Shown: positions 35,731 to 44,820 of the stretch, piece by piece | Layout of the letters: each line of letters opens with the position of its first letter | Position numbering within the stretch: position 1 is the stretch's first letter | IMG/VR virus record: IMGVR_UViG_3300030376_000410 | Coordinates: 1 to 46,503 of that record | DNA from: a virus | Lineage: Duplodnaviria; Caudoviricetes | DNA: 46,503 bases | Direction: 5' to 3' (one strand) | Position numbers and translations under genes: made by a program | Notes under the pieces: generated by a model | The model's database searches: none | Seen by the model: only the letters and a program-made list of their open reading frames with translations | Told to the model about the DNA's origin: nothing

Positions 35731-35780
35731 CCCTAGAAAACTAGGAAGGAGGTCTTACGACCTTCCTAGTTTTTCTAGGG
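35731..35780. promoter_or_regulatory. Conserved-apex hairpin, copy 3
   Basis: 19/20-nt arms (one extra T) around AGGTCTTACGA. Confidence 0.8.
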
Positions 35781-35887
35781 GTACGGTTGGAGGCACCGTG
35801 AAGCCTGACCCGCCACCTCCCTTGTGGAGCCTTTAAAGAGTGGCAATGAGCAGCTGGCAACTCATAATTTTATAATCAGGAGTTCGT

Positions 35888-36844
35888 ATGAACACAGTTA
35901 GTTTTTTGTTTGGAAACAATTCAGAAGTTGATAATCTGCGAAATGCTGGATACGGCGAAGCAGACTTTGAAGTTGTCTCTACGCCAGTATTGTATAAGGC
36001 AAGCGGCACAGATAAATTTGGAGGCATACTTAAACTTGAAGGCAAACATGTTTATTACCGCGAAGATACCGGCGATGCTTTGGCGATTCACGGTGAACGC
36101 TACAAGCCAGTGTCACATACTAAAATGATTGACACTGCTCGTAATGTATTGGAGCGCAGCAACTTAAGCCTTCAGAACATTAAAGAAACTATTCAGGTGG
36201 GAGATGATGGTGCAGTTTGTTTTGTGCGGCATCAGCTGCCTAACCATGAGATCACAACTCCCGATGGCGACACGGCTATTCTTGAGATGCTCCATATCAA
36301 TTCATTCAATTCTGTATGGCCCTACCAAGCGACTGTTGGAGCATTGCAAAATGCTTGCACAAACCATCAAGTATTCCTTGGGCAGACCGCTGGAATCTAC
36401 AAAGCTCGACACACTAACAAGCTCAGTGTAGATCAAGGCGCTCACCAAATGAATAAGATAATGAGTATCCTCGATACTCAAAATGAGATCTGGGCTGAGT
36501 GGTCTAATACTCCTGTTGGTCGCAAGGAAGCCTTTAGTTACATTGCAGAGGCAACAGGTTCTAAGTTTGCACTTGGTAAACTAAAAGAAGGCGAGGATAC
36601 TTCTTCAATCATGGGTATGCCGACTGCCTATAATAATTCTTCTTTGGTCTATGCTTGGCATCAATACAATGGAAGATACAAGCCGACGATGGGTGAAACT
36701 TACTGGGCTGTCTACAATGCTTTGACTGATTGGTCAAGTCACCATGTAGGTACTCGAAAGAATACAAGAGACATTCCAGTGGCTCAAGTCAAGAAATCTG
36801 AAAAGGTACAGCAAGTAATAGCAAAGTTCCCAATGGCAGCATAA
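35888..36844 (+). CDS. DUF932-family protein
   Basis: YREDTGDALAIHGERYKPVSH, INSFNS, ACTN, RHT and TYWAVYNALTDWSSH motifs; AGGAG RBS. Confidence 0.8.
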   Translation: MNTVSFLFGNNSEVDNLRNAGYGEADFEVVSTPVLYKASGTDKFGGILKLEGKHVYYREDTGDALAIHGERYKPVSHTKMIDTARNVLERSNLSLQNIKETIQVGDDGAVCFVRHQLPNHEITTPDGDTAILEMLHINSFNSVWPYQATVGALQNACTNHQVFLGQTAGIYKARHTNKLSVDQGAHQMNKIMSILDTQNEIWAEWSNTPVGRKEAFSYIAEATGSKFALGKLKEGEDTSSIMGMPTAYNNSSLVYAWHQYNGRYKPTMGETYWAVYNALTDWSSHHVGTRKNTRDIPVAQVKKSEKVQQVIAKFPMAA

Positions 36845-36848
36845 CTCC

Positions 36849-36879
36849 TGACACCCTGAGCATGGTGTTAAACTGCTCA
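36849..36879 (+). other. Predicted H-type RNA pseudoknot
   Basis: S1 GACACC/GGTGTT, S2 TGAGCA/TGCTCA, loops C, T and AAAC; intergenic. Confidence 0.6.
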
Positions 36880-36912
36880 CTTAATATAACTCCGGGTAAT
36901 AGAAGATTGAAT

Positions 36913-37209
36913 ATGGATAGTAGGATTGAAAGTTTGTTTGGTATTACTGAAGATGGTTATCGTGATCTTCGGTTTAATCTTAATGAGTCTAGTGTACATA
37001 CTGCTCTAGGTGGTGACGATTTACATGTTCTTTATTTTGATTCTGATGATGGTTGTGCTTTATTCTCTACCCCTTGTGAGATCTTTGAGGAGTCTGGAAT
37101 TAAATTTCAATTAATTGATTGTAATTACTGCGACATCGCCCTTTCGGATCTACAGTTTATTTATAAAATTTTCAAATCTTTTTCTGCGGAGAACACTAAT
37201 GTCCACTAA
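36913..37209 (+). CDS. Hypothetical protein
   Basis: Likely start MDSRIES; acidic; overlaps the next gene. Confidence 0.6.
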   Translation: MDSRIESLFGITEDGYRDLRFNLNESSVHTALGGDDLHVLYFDSDDGCALFSTPCEIFEESGIKFQLIDCNYCDIALSDLQFIYKIFKSFSAENTNVH

Positions 37210-37378
37210 AAAAATTCTTGTCGAAGTAGCTCTTACAGTTGAAGAGAATGTTGACTCTGAAGATGTAGTTTGTTGCTGTGACTACTCATTTACAGATTAT
37301 GACAACAGGATAATCTCTACTGAAATTAGAGGCTATACTGAAGTTTTTCCTAATGGTCAGATTACTGAGGATGTTTAA
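37199..37378 (+). CDS. Hypothetical protein
   Basis: MSTKKILVEV start after GGAG; TAATG coupling downstream. Confidence 0.65.
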   Translation: MSTKKILVEVALTVEENVDSEDVVCCCDYSFTDYDNRIISTEIRGYTEVFPNGQITEDV

Positions 37379-37611
37379 TGAAAACTAGAATCCATGTTAA
37401 TCAACATAACATTAAGGCTAACTCCAAGGGTGCTAAGTTGCCGGTTATTACTGTCAAGGACTACAAACAAAATAGAAAGGCTAATCATGCTGCTGTTGTA
37501 GACTCTGAAGGTAAACCATTGGTAAGTGTTTACTACTGTCCTGACAACCCACTGCCTTGTGGTGCTAAGGTCTGGATTGAAACTGAGTTGGAGGTTGTGA
37601 CCGTTGGATAA
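37378..37611 (+). CDS. Conserved hypothetical phage protein
   Basis: IHVNQHNIKAN...VITVK...Y.PD.PL.CGAKVWIET pattern. Confidence 0.8.
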   Translation: MKTRIHVNQHNIKANSKGAKLPVITVKDYKQNRKANHAAVVDSEGKPLVSVYYCPDNPLPCGAKVWIETELEVVTVG

Positions 37612-37891
37612 AATAGGTTTGTTTGTTGATCACTTTGTTATTTATTCTGATAGGCGGGAGGCTTTGATTCTAAATTGTGGTACTGTTTCAGCGTTTGAAG
37701 AAAGTTTGCGAGAGTTGATCTCCTCTGAAATTAGAGATACACTACTGGAGCGTGTAAAGGTATTAGATTATGACATGAAACTAACTGAACCTAATCGCCA
37801 TGTAAGTCCTCAATATGACAGACTTAGAGATGCTAGAACTACTTTGATGCGTTTGCATAATGATCTTCTTTGGAATAAGGAAACTGCATGA
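37604..37891 (+). CDS. Hypothetical protein
   Basis: 95 aa, TTG start after GGAGG, coupled to neighbours. Confidence 0.65.
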   Translation: MDKIGLFVDHFVIYSDRREALILNCGTVSAFEESLRELISSEIRDTLLERVKVLDYDMKLTEPNRHVSPQYDRLRDARTTLMRLHNDLLWNKETA

Positions 37892-38343
37892 ATATATTTT
37901 ACATTGATACTTGCCCTGTCAAGGCTGCACAAATGCAGTGCGATAAGCATGTAGTTAAAATGATTTTAGAATCTGCACAAATGCTTTGCGCTGCTCATCA
38001 TGTTGAGGGTGATGGTAATGTACCTTACAAGTTGGCTCATAAGAACCACCCCAGTACAGTGTGGACTCGAACTAATAAGAAACATTATCAGTGGCTATGG
38101 GATCACATGGTAGCTTTAGGTGAGGAATATACTGATCGTTATGGTAAAATACACATGACTATAACTAAGTGTGCTGAAGCTCTCAAAAATCCTCCTGAAG
38201 CTGTGCCAGATCTTGAGTGGGCTGATCCACCCCAGTGTATGCCTGATGAGTGTAAGCGTGAGACTTCATTGGCTGGGTACACTGAATACTATTTTAATTA
38301 CAAACCAAAGGTTATTGATATGCGTTGGAGGGGCGTTAAGTGA
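37888..38343 (+). CDS. Pyrimidine-dimer DNA glycosylase / endonuclease V-like protein
   Basis: MNIFY...DKHVVKMILESAQML...HKNHPSTVW...EYT.RYGK.H...PPQCMPD family motifs. Confidence 0.82.
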   Translation: MNIFYIDTCPVKAAQMQCDKHVVKMILESAQMLCAAHHVEGDGNVPYKLAHKNHPSTVWTRTNKKHYQWLWDHMVALGEEYTDRYGKIHMTITKCAEALKNPPEAVPDLEWADPPQCMPDECKRETSLAGYTEYYFNYKPKVIDMRWRGVK

Positions 38344-38573
38344 GTTCAATGTTTTATAAAGCTATTAATTCTCAACGTAATCTTGATAACATATTTATCA
38401 ATAGATACTGGCCTATCGGAAGACAGACCCCACCTACAGTAAACACTGTTAGTGTTTTAAAACTACACAGAGAAGGGTATCGCCAAGTTAAAATTTGTAA
38501 TAAATTAAATCTTGCTGCCTCCACTGTTAATCGTATTGTGAAAAACTCAGGTATAGATAGAGGCGATCCTTAA
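38340..38573 (+). CDS. Small HTH-like protein
   Basis: LHREGYRQVKICNKLNLAASTVNRIV helix-turn-helix pattern. Confidence 0.65.
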   Translation: MSSMFYKAINSQRNLDNIFINRYWPIGRQTPPTVNTVSVLKLHREGYRQVKICNKLNLAASTVNRIVKNSGIDRGDP

Positions 38574-38764
38574 TGCAAAACCTTATAGACATGTGTAATC
38601 ATATTCTTTATTACTCCACTATTTATTGTGGGTTTGAAGATGTCAATGATGAAATGCAAGAAGATGCGCTGCGCTTAATGTTAAAACATGGTGAGGAATT
38701 TCCTGAATCTTTTGTTAGACTTTATTTAAAAACCCAACTGGAGGATGTCAATGAGTGCTACTGA
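38573..38764 (+). CDS. Hypothetical protein
   Basis: 63 aa, TAATG coupling. Confidence 0.6.
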   Translation: MQNLIDMCNHILYYSTIYCGFEDVNDEMQEDALRLMLKHGEEFPESFVRLYLKTQLEDVNECY

Positions 38765-38975
38765 TCCACGAGAAGAATTTTGTAGTGAGATAGACGATTG
38801 GTGGTGCCAATTATTTGCATTGCGAATTGGTGCCAACCCACCTTCGGATAGAATTAAACATCGGTTTATTTCTTTCGTAGAAGAAAGATGTTCCGAAGTA
38901 GGCTGCTGGAAAATTAAAGATGGAGATTTATCTGTTTTGTTTTCTGAGTTTATTGAAAGGCTGGGTGAATGGTAG
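38745..38975 (+). CDS. Hypothetical protein
   Basis: 76 aa; start may be the ATG at 38751 after GGAGG. Confidence 0.65.
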   Translation: MSMSATDPREEFCSEIDDWWCQLFALRIGANPPSDRIKHRFISFVEERCSEVGCWKIKDGDLSVLFSEFIERLGEW

Positions 38976-39262
38976 AAGATATTTTAAAACTTAAAAGTTT
39001 TTTGTTGAACCCTAAACGCAGCGATGAGTTTTCAACTTGGTATTATCTGGATGGCTGGCGAATGTGTAAAATTAAAATAGGAAATAAAAAATGCACAGTC
39101 GTGCCCTTGTTCGGCAAGGGTAAAATAACCTTAACTATCAGAGCTTTAAAGGAGGAACTTAAATCTATTTATTGGTACGCCGCACGTTGCGATGCCAGTA
39201 AACTCGCCCGTGAAAGCGGATTGAAAAAAAGAAAATTGCAATGGGAAAGAAATTATGCTTGA
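38969..39262 (+). CDS. Hypothetical basic protein
   Basis: 97 aa ORF in the operon. Confidence 0.6.
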   Translation: MVEDILKLKSFLLNPKRSDEFSTWYYLDGWRMCKIKIGNKKCTVVPLFGKGKITLTIRALKEELKSIYWYAARCDASKLARESGLKKRKLQWERNYA

Positions 39263-39287
39263 CATGATTCCTTACTCAATGTATAAT
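39259..39287 (+). promoter_or_regulatory. Consensus sigma70 promoter for the replication module
   Basis: TTGACA-17 nt-TATAAT upstream of the SSB gene. Confidence 0.85.
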
Positions 39288-39319
39288 CTCCCCACCAAAA
39301 CCAAACGAGAGGTATAAAA

Positions 39320-39745
39320 ATGGCAGTACTAGAAGGCACAGCATATTGGGCTTTTGTTACTACCCCTAACACAACTTATGATCCGTGCTACACGGTCAAC
39401 TTAGTTGTAGATAATGAGACGGCGCAAGCATTTGAAGACCGTGGTTTCACTGTCAAGCAAATGAATGAAGGCCCCGCCATCATTATTAAACGTAAAGTCA
39501 ATGGGCCAAATGGTATGGTTCGTAGGGCACCTGTTCTTATGGATAGACTCAAGCAAGAAATTGATGTCAACGTCGGCAACGGATCCCATGTCAAAGTGCA
39601 ATATAAAGAATGGGAATCGCAATGGAACGGAAAGACTTTCAAGGGTCTTGACTTTATGAAGATGCAAGTCTTAAATCTTGTTGAATACAATAACGGTGAT
39701 GTCGATGAGTTCGATATTGAAGGTGAAGAGGAGGCAGAGCTTTGA
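39320..39745 (+). CDS. Single-stranded DNA-binding protein (T7 gp2.5-like)
   Basis: EGTAYWA..TTPNT.Y, VGNGSHVKV, QVLNLVEY and acidic C-terminal tail. Confidence 0.85.
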   Translation: MAVLEGTAYWAFVTTPNTTYDPCYTVNLVVDNETAQAFEDRGFTVKQMNEGPAIIIKRKVNGPNGMVRRAPVLMDRLKQEIDVNVGNGSHVKVQYKEWESQWNGKTFKGLDFMKMQVLNLVEYNNGDVDEFDIEGEEEAEL

Positions 39746-39972
39746 GTGAAGAAGCAAAAAACACTTTGACCTTTGAGGATAAAGAATACAATGTTGCTGA
39801 CCTCCCTGAGAGGGGACAAGTACTTGTAGGTTTTGTCCGAGAAGTTCGTGACGAGGGTGCCGCGCTGCAAAAAAGACTTTCCGTGTTACAGGCAGCAGAG
39901 ATAACTTTCTCCAAGGAATTGGAGGAGCTACTCACTGCTCCTGAACAAGAAAGTCTTGACGGTATCGACTAA
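39742..39972 (+). CDS. Hypothetical protein
   Basis: 76 aa, TTGA coupling, GGAGG RBS. Confidence 0.7.
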   Translation: MSEEAKNTLTFEDKEYNVADLPERGQVLVGFVREVRDEGAALQKRLSVLQAAEITFSKELEELLTAPEQESLDGID

Positions 39973-39978
39973 TAAATA

Positions 39979-40001
39979 GGGGCTTCGGCCCCTTTATTTT
40001 T
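39979..40001 (+). terminator. Rho-independent terminator
   Basis: GGGGC-TTCG-GCCCC followed by TTTATTTTT. Confidence 0.8.
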
Positions 40002-40013
40002 GGAGGTTATACT

Positions 40014-41684
40014 TTGGCGTTTGTTAAATTTCATTTGCCTTGTAATAAATGTGGCGGTAGTGATCCTGTATCCGTGGATGCTGATGGTAACGGCTACTGT
40101 TTTAGTTGTAATACATATCTAAAAAACTATGAAGGAGGTGATACTATCACTGCCCCTGTGTCAGACTTTAAAACTTATAAGCGTAATGCAATGAACTATA
40201 GTGATGGTTCTTTCAACGCACTGGCTGACCGTTCAATCTCTTTGGACACTGTAAAAAAGTATGGTGTAAAATCTATACTTGATTCAAATCAAAAAGTAAT
40301 TAATCATTTCTATCCCTACTACAATGGCAATGAAATGGGCGGCGCTAAAATACGCAACGTGCAGAACAAAGACTTTGCTTGGGAAGGATCTCCTAAAAAC
40401 ACGGGCTTGTTCGGGCAGCAAATCTTTCAGGCTGGCGGTAAGTTCGTTACCCTTGTTGAAGGAGAGTGCGATGCGATGGCGGCCTATGAATTGCTTGGTT
40501 CTAAATGGCCTGTGGTATCTGTAAAGAATGGCGCGGGAGGTGCGGTCAAAGATGTCAAAGAAAGCTTAGAATTTTTAGAGTCTTTTGAATACGTAGTTAT
40601 TAATTTTGATAACGACAAAGTAGGACGCGAGGCCGCTAAGAAAGTAGCACGTATACTACGCCCCGGCAAAAGTAAAATACTTACACTGCCAGAAGAGTTC
40701 AAAGATCCTAATGATATGCTGCGGCAAAACAGTAGGCAGGCTTATGTTACATCTTGGTGGGCAGCTAGGTTGTATACACCTTCGGGCATTATCAATGTCT
40801 CTGATATGGATGACAGTTATTTCTCTAGGGAAAAACAAGAGTCTGTACCTTATCCTTGGGATGGCCTCAATGAAAAGCTTTACGGTATGAGACAGGGCGA
40901 ACTGGTTACTTTGACCGGAGGCACGGGACTTGGCAAGTCTTCGATTACTAGAGAAATTGAACACTTTCTTATCAAGAATACTAAAGACCGTGTAGGTATT
41001 CTAGCATTGGAAGAAAATAAAAATCGTACCGTGGACGGTATTGTTTCTATCGAAGCCAATGCTAAACTCTACATCAATCAAATACGTGAAGAGTTCCCTG
41101 AAGAAGATTGGCGCAAGCACCATGCTGCCTTATTCAAAGGTGAAGCTAAAGATAGATTGTGGATTTACTCTCACCTAGGCCAGCACGACATCGAAGAAAT
41201 ATTTTCTAAGCTGCGCTACTTGACCATAGGCTGTGATTGTAAATGGATTGTAGTAGATCACTTGCACATGCTCGTATCTTCTATGGCTGACGGCGATGAG
41301 CGCAGGGCTATTGATAGCATTATGACTCGACTAAGATCTCTAGTAGAAGAGACAGGGGCAGGCATGATTCTTGTATCCCACCTCCGACGTGTAGAGGGGA
41401 ACAAGGGACATGAGCAGGGTGTTACAGTGGGTTTGTCGCACCTTAGAGGTAGTCAATCTATCGCACAGCTTAGTGACTGTGTGATTGCTTTGGAACGCAA
41501 TCAACAAAGTGACGATCCACAAGAGGCAAACACCACGCACCTTCGTGTTCTTAAATCTAGATACACTGGAGATGTAGGTATGGCGACACACTTGTTGTAT
41601 GATAACGACACAGGAAGGCTCAAAGAATTATTTGATGAGCAGCCCGACGAGTTCTTTAATGAAGAGGATAACATACCATTTTAA
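40014..41684 (+). CDS. DNA primase-helicase (T7 gp4-like)
   Basis: Zn finger CNKC...CFSC, TOPRIM EGECDA and FDND, Walker A GGTGLGKS, VVDHL, LRGSQSIAQLSD, acidic tail ending in IPF. Confidence 0.95.
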   Translation: MAFVKFHLPCNKCGGSDPVSVDADGNGYCFSCNTYLKNYEGGDTITAPVSDFKTYKRNAMNYSDGSFNALADRSISLDTVKKYGVKSILDSNQKVINHFYPYYNGNEMGGAKIRNVQNKDFAWEGSPKNTGLFGQQIFQAGGKFVTLVEGECDAMAAYELLGSKWPVVSVKNGAGGAVKDVKESLEFLESFEYVVINFDNDKVGREAAKKVARILRPGKSKILTLPEEFKDPNDMLRQNSRQAYVTSWWAARLYTPSGIINVSDMDDSYFSREKQESVPYPWDGLNEKLYGMRQGELVTLTGGTGLGKSSITREIEHFLIKNTKDRVGILALEENKNRTVDGIVSIEANAKLYINQIREEFPEEDWRKHHAALFKGEAKDRLWIYSHLGQHDIEEIFSKLRYLTIGCDCKWIVVDHLHMLVSSMADGDERRAIDSIMTRLRSLVEETGAGMILVSHLRRVEGNKGHEQGVTVGLSHLRGSQSIAQLSDCVIALERNQQSDDPQEANTTHLRVLKSRYTGDVGMATHLLYDNDTGRLKELFDEQPDEFFNEEDNIPF

Positions 41685-43426
41685 ATTTAGTATTTGATAT
41701 TGAAACAGATGGTCTAGATTATACAAAAGCATGGTGTATTGTTGCTTATGATGTGGATACTCAAAAGGTACACACCTTTGATCCTGATCATCTAGAAGAG
41801 GGGGTAGCTTTTTTGTCTACTGCCGACAAACTTATTGGACATAACATTATAGGTTTCGATGTCCCTGCAATAAAAAAACTTTATGGTGTAGACCTGTCAG
41901 AAAATTGTATTCTTAGAGATACATTAATTCTTTCTCGTCTTCTTAATCCTACCCGCGAGGGTAGCCACAGCTTAAAGTCTTGGGGCTTTAGGATTGGTCA
42001 TAGGAAAACAGAACATGTAGAATTTGATGAGTACTCACCCGAGATGATGAAGTATTGTATCAATGACGTAATGGTGAACGCTAAGGTTTACGAGTATCTT
42101 AAAAGAGAAAGTAAAGGTTTCTCTGCTTTGTCAGTTGAAATAGAACACGAAGCTTACAAATTAATAGATGATCAAAGAAATAAAGGTATACTTCTTGATA
42201 GAAAATATGCCATGACTTTAGAAGCTAAGTTTGAAGAAGAGCTTGAGAATGTTAAGCGTGAAGTACATAAAGTATTCAAGCCTAAAAAAGAAGTGTTCAC
42301 TCTTCGTATAGCTTACAATGCAGATGGGGCCGTATCTAAGTTTGCTAAGTGCCGAGAGTTAAACAAAAGAGTAAGACTATCTGATGACGAGTATGTCGAA
42401 ATATGTGGTAATAAAAAACTTAAAAGAGTTATGTCTCATCCTTTCAATCTTGGATCAAGAAAACAAATAGGTGAGTACTTACAAGAGTTTGGTTGGAAAC
42501 CAAAAAAGTTTACACCAACAGGTCAACCTATTGTTAATGAAAGTGTATTGAATAAAATAAAAAATATACCTCAAGCACAATTGATTTCAAGATACTTGAT
42601 GTTACAAAAGCGTCTAGCTTCTATAACTTCGTGGTTAAAAGAGTGTGACGATGACTCAAGAGTAAGAGGATATATAAATTCTAACGGTACTATTACAGGA
42701 CGGATGACGCATAACAGCCCTAACATGGCCCAAGTGCCTAGCTTATCTTCTGAGTACGGTAAGGAATGTCGGGCTTGTTGGACTGTCCCCGAAGGCTACA
42801 AGCTTGTTGGAATTGATGCTAGTGGTCTTGAGTTGCGAATGCTTGCACATTATATGGACGATCAGGAGTACACAAATGAAATCATTAACGGAGATGTCCA
42901 CACAGCTAACCAAAAGCTTGCAGGACTTGAATCTAGAAATCAGGCAAAGACATTTATATATGCCCTCTTATACGGAGCAGGAGATCCTAAACTTGGAAGC
43001 GTGGCTGGAGGAGGTAGGGACGTTGGTGCAAGACTTAGAAAATCTTTCTTCGATAATCTTCCATCATTCAAATCTCTTAAAGATAAAGTTGGAAGAGCAT
43101 CCAAGAAAGGCTACATAAAAGGTATTGATGGTCGTAAGCTCATTGTTCGCAGCGAGCATTCAGCTTTGAATACATTGTTACAAAGTGCCGGTGCTATTGT
43201 TATGAAAAAAGCTTTGATTATTTTTTCAGACAAAATAAAAGATTTAGATGCCTCTGTTGTCGCCAATGTCCACGATGAATGGCAGGTCGAAGCAGAAGAA
43301 ACTATAGCTGACACTGTGGGACACTTAGGTATCGGTGCTATAATAGAAGCCGGTGTACAATTAGGACTTAACTGTCCGCTAGATGGAGATTATAATGTCG
43401 GAAGCAACTGGTCAGAAACACACTAG
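41678..43426 (+). CDS. DNA polymerase family A (T7 gp5-like, Tyr762 type); start extended to a probable ATT codon
   Basis: ExoI VFDIETDGL lies in frame upstream of the track start; GHNIIGFD, DASGLELR, RNQAKTFIYALLYG and VHDE motifs. Confidence 0.93.
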   Translation: MLNLVFDIETDGLDYTKAWCIVAYDVDTQKVHTFDPDHLEEGVAFLSTADKLIGHNIIGFDVPAIKKLYGVDLSENCILRDTLILSRLLNPTREGSHSLKSWGFRIGHRKTEHVEFDEYSPEMMKYCINDVMVNAKVYEYLKRESKGFSALSVEIEHEAYKLIDDQRNKGILLDRKYAMTLEAKFEEELENVKREVHKVFKPKKEVFTLRIAYNADGAVSKFAKCRELNKRVRLSDDEYVEICGNKKLKRVMSHPFNLGSRKQIGEYLQEFGWKPKKFTPTGQPIVNESVLNKIKNIPQAQLISRYLMLQKRLASITSWLKECDDDSRVRGYINSNGTITGRMTHNSPNMAQVPSLSSEYGKECRACWTVPEGYKLVGIDASGLELRMLAHYMDDQEYTNEIINGDVHTANQKLAGLESRNQAKTFIYALLYGAGDPKLGSVAGGGRDVGARLRKSFFDNLPSFKSLKDKVGRASKKGYIKGIDGRKLIVRSEHSALNTLLQSAGAIVMKKALIIFSDKIKDLDASVVANVHDEWQVEAEETIADTVGHLGIGAIIEAGVQLGLNCPLDGDYNVGSNWSETH

Positions 43427-43964
43427 AACAGGTAAGCATGTTTTTGAGGATGGGGATTGGTGGTATTACTACCCCGAAGATGGCTCCAGTATCCATACTG
43501 GGGGACACATCCGAGAAAGAACTTCTGTTAAAGAAAAAAGAAACTCTAATAGAATGTGGGTAGATGGTAATTATATATCACAAGCCCATCCTTTACACAA
43601 GCCCGGAAGATACAAAGGTTTTACTGATGCCGCTTTTAGTTCTTTAGAAAACTATGAAAGATCTAAAGAGGGCGAAGTATATATTATGTGCAACCCTTCA
43701 TTTCCGGGATGGGTTAAGGTAGGTATGGCTGTAGATTCTAAAGATAGATTAAAACAATATCAAACATCATCACCTTATAGAGATTATGAAATTGTAAAAT
43801 CTTATAAAGTTTCTGATAGACGAGAGGCTGAGAGTAAGGCACACAATGCTCTTACCCTAGAGGGCCGTGGGCGTAAAGGAGAATGGTTTTATATGGGATC
43901 TACCGTGGCTGTTGATGAACTTGATAAGTTATTTTATGAGGGAGGACAGTTTGAACTCTTCTAA
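43395..43964 (+). CDS. GIY-YIG (T5orf172-like) domain protein
   Basis: GEVYIM.NPSFPGWVKVG...RLKQYQTSSP...E...H...GEWF; start revised to ATG after GGAG. Confidence 0.8.
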   Translation: MSEATGQKHTRTGKHVFEDGDWWYYYPEDGSSIHTGGHIRERTSVKEKRNSNRMWVDGNYISQAHPLHKPGRYKGFTDAAFSSLENYERSKEGEVYIMCNPSFPGWVKVGMAVDSKDRLKQYQTSSPYRDYEIVKSYKVSDRREAESKAHNALTLEGRGRKGEWFYMGSTVAVDELDKLFYEGGQFELF

Positions 43965-44820
43965 AACTCTAGACACTTTAGTAGAGGACATATACTCTAC
44001 CCTTGATGTACTGTCTGAAGGTAAAGATATTGATCTTACTGATGATATAATATATAACTTTGGTGAGAATATGAAGTCCGCTTTGGTACACTGGGCTACG
44101 CCTAGGACACAAACAAAGGGGCTGCGTATGAGTAACGTGGGGAAACCTTCAAGGCAGCTTTGGTATGATATTAATAATACTAATCATGTACAAAAACATT
44201 CGGCTTCCACGCAGATTAAATTTCTTTACGGACATATTCTAGAGGAATTACTTCTTATGCTTGTGCGCTTGTCTGGGCACACAGTAACTGATGAGCAAAA
44301 AGAAGTTGTAGTGGAGGGGATTACAGGCCACATGGACTGTAAAATTGACGGTGAAGTAGTTGATGTAAAGACTGCTTCTGGTTTTGCATTTAAAAAGTTT
44401 TCTCAAGGAACTTTAGCAGAACAAGATGACTTCGGATACATGGCTCAGTTAGCGGGATATGAGGCCCATGAAGGGACAGAATCAGGTGGCTTTCTTGTGA
44501 TCAACAAAGAAAACGGGGAGTTGTGTTTGTTCCGTCCCGATGATATGGATAAGCCTTCTATTAAAAGTAAAATAAAAAACTTAAAGAAGGCTATAAAGCT
44601 TGACTCCCCTCCAGAAAAATGCTATAATCCTATACCCGAAGGAGTAAAAGGTAACGAAAAGCTGCCACGCTCCTGCGTGTTTTGTCCCCATAAATTTAAT
44701 TGCTGGGCAGACAGTAATGATGGTGAGGGGCTTCGGGTATTTGAATACTCTAAAGGTCTGACGTACTTCACTAAAATTGTTAATGCTCCTAGAGTTAAGG
44801 AAGTTATAGTTGAACAGTAA
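43951..44820 (+). CDS. PD-(D/E)XK exonuclease (Cas4-like)
   Basis: LRMSNVGKP.RQLWY, GHMDC...VDVKT, QLAGY and CVFC...C motifs; start revised to TTG after GGAGG. Confidence 0.85.
   Translation: MNSSKTLDTLVEDIYSTLDVLSEGKDIDLTDDIIYNFGENMKSALVHWATPRTQTKGLRMSNVGKPSRQLWYDINNTNHVQKHSASTQIKFLYGHILEELLLMLVRLSGHTVTDEQKEVVVEGITGHMDCKIDGEVVDVKTASGFAFKKFSQGTLAEQDDFGYMAQLAGYEAHEGTESGGFLVINKENGELCLFRPDDMDKPSIKSKIKNLKKAIKLDSPPEKCYNPIPEGVKGNEKLPRSCVFCPHKFNCWADSNDGEGLRVFEYSKGLTYFTKIVNAPRVKEVIVEQ

Noticed and set aside
35782-35820. Second pseudoknot (TACGGT/ACCGTG with AGGC/GCCT or GGAGG/CCTCC)
   Set aside because: Short, mutually exclusive pairings that could arise by chance; no second copy to support it.
41676-41690. 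Programmed frameshift fusing helicase to polymerase
   Set aside because: The T-TTA-AAT heptamer is in the polymerase frame, not the helicase frame; a +1 slip hits a stop; the helicase ends with a typical acidic IPF tail.
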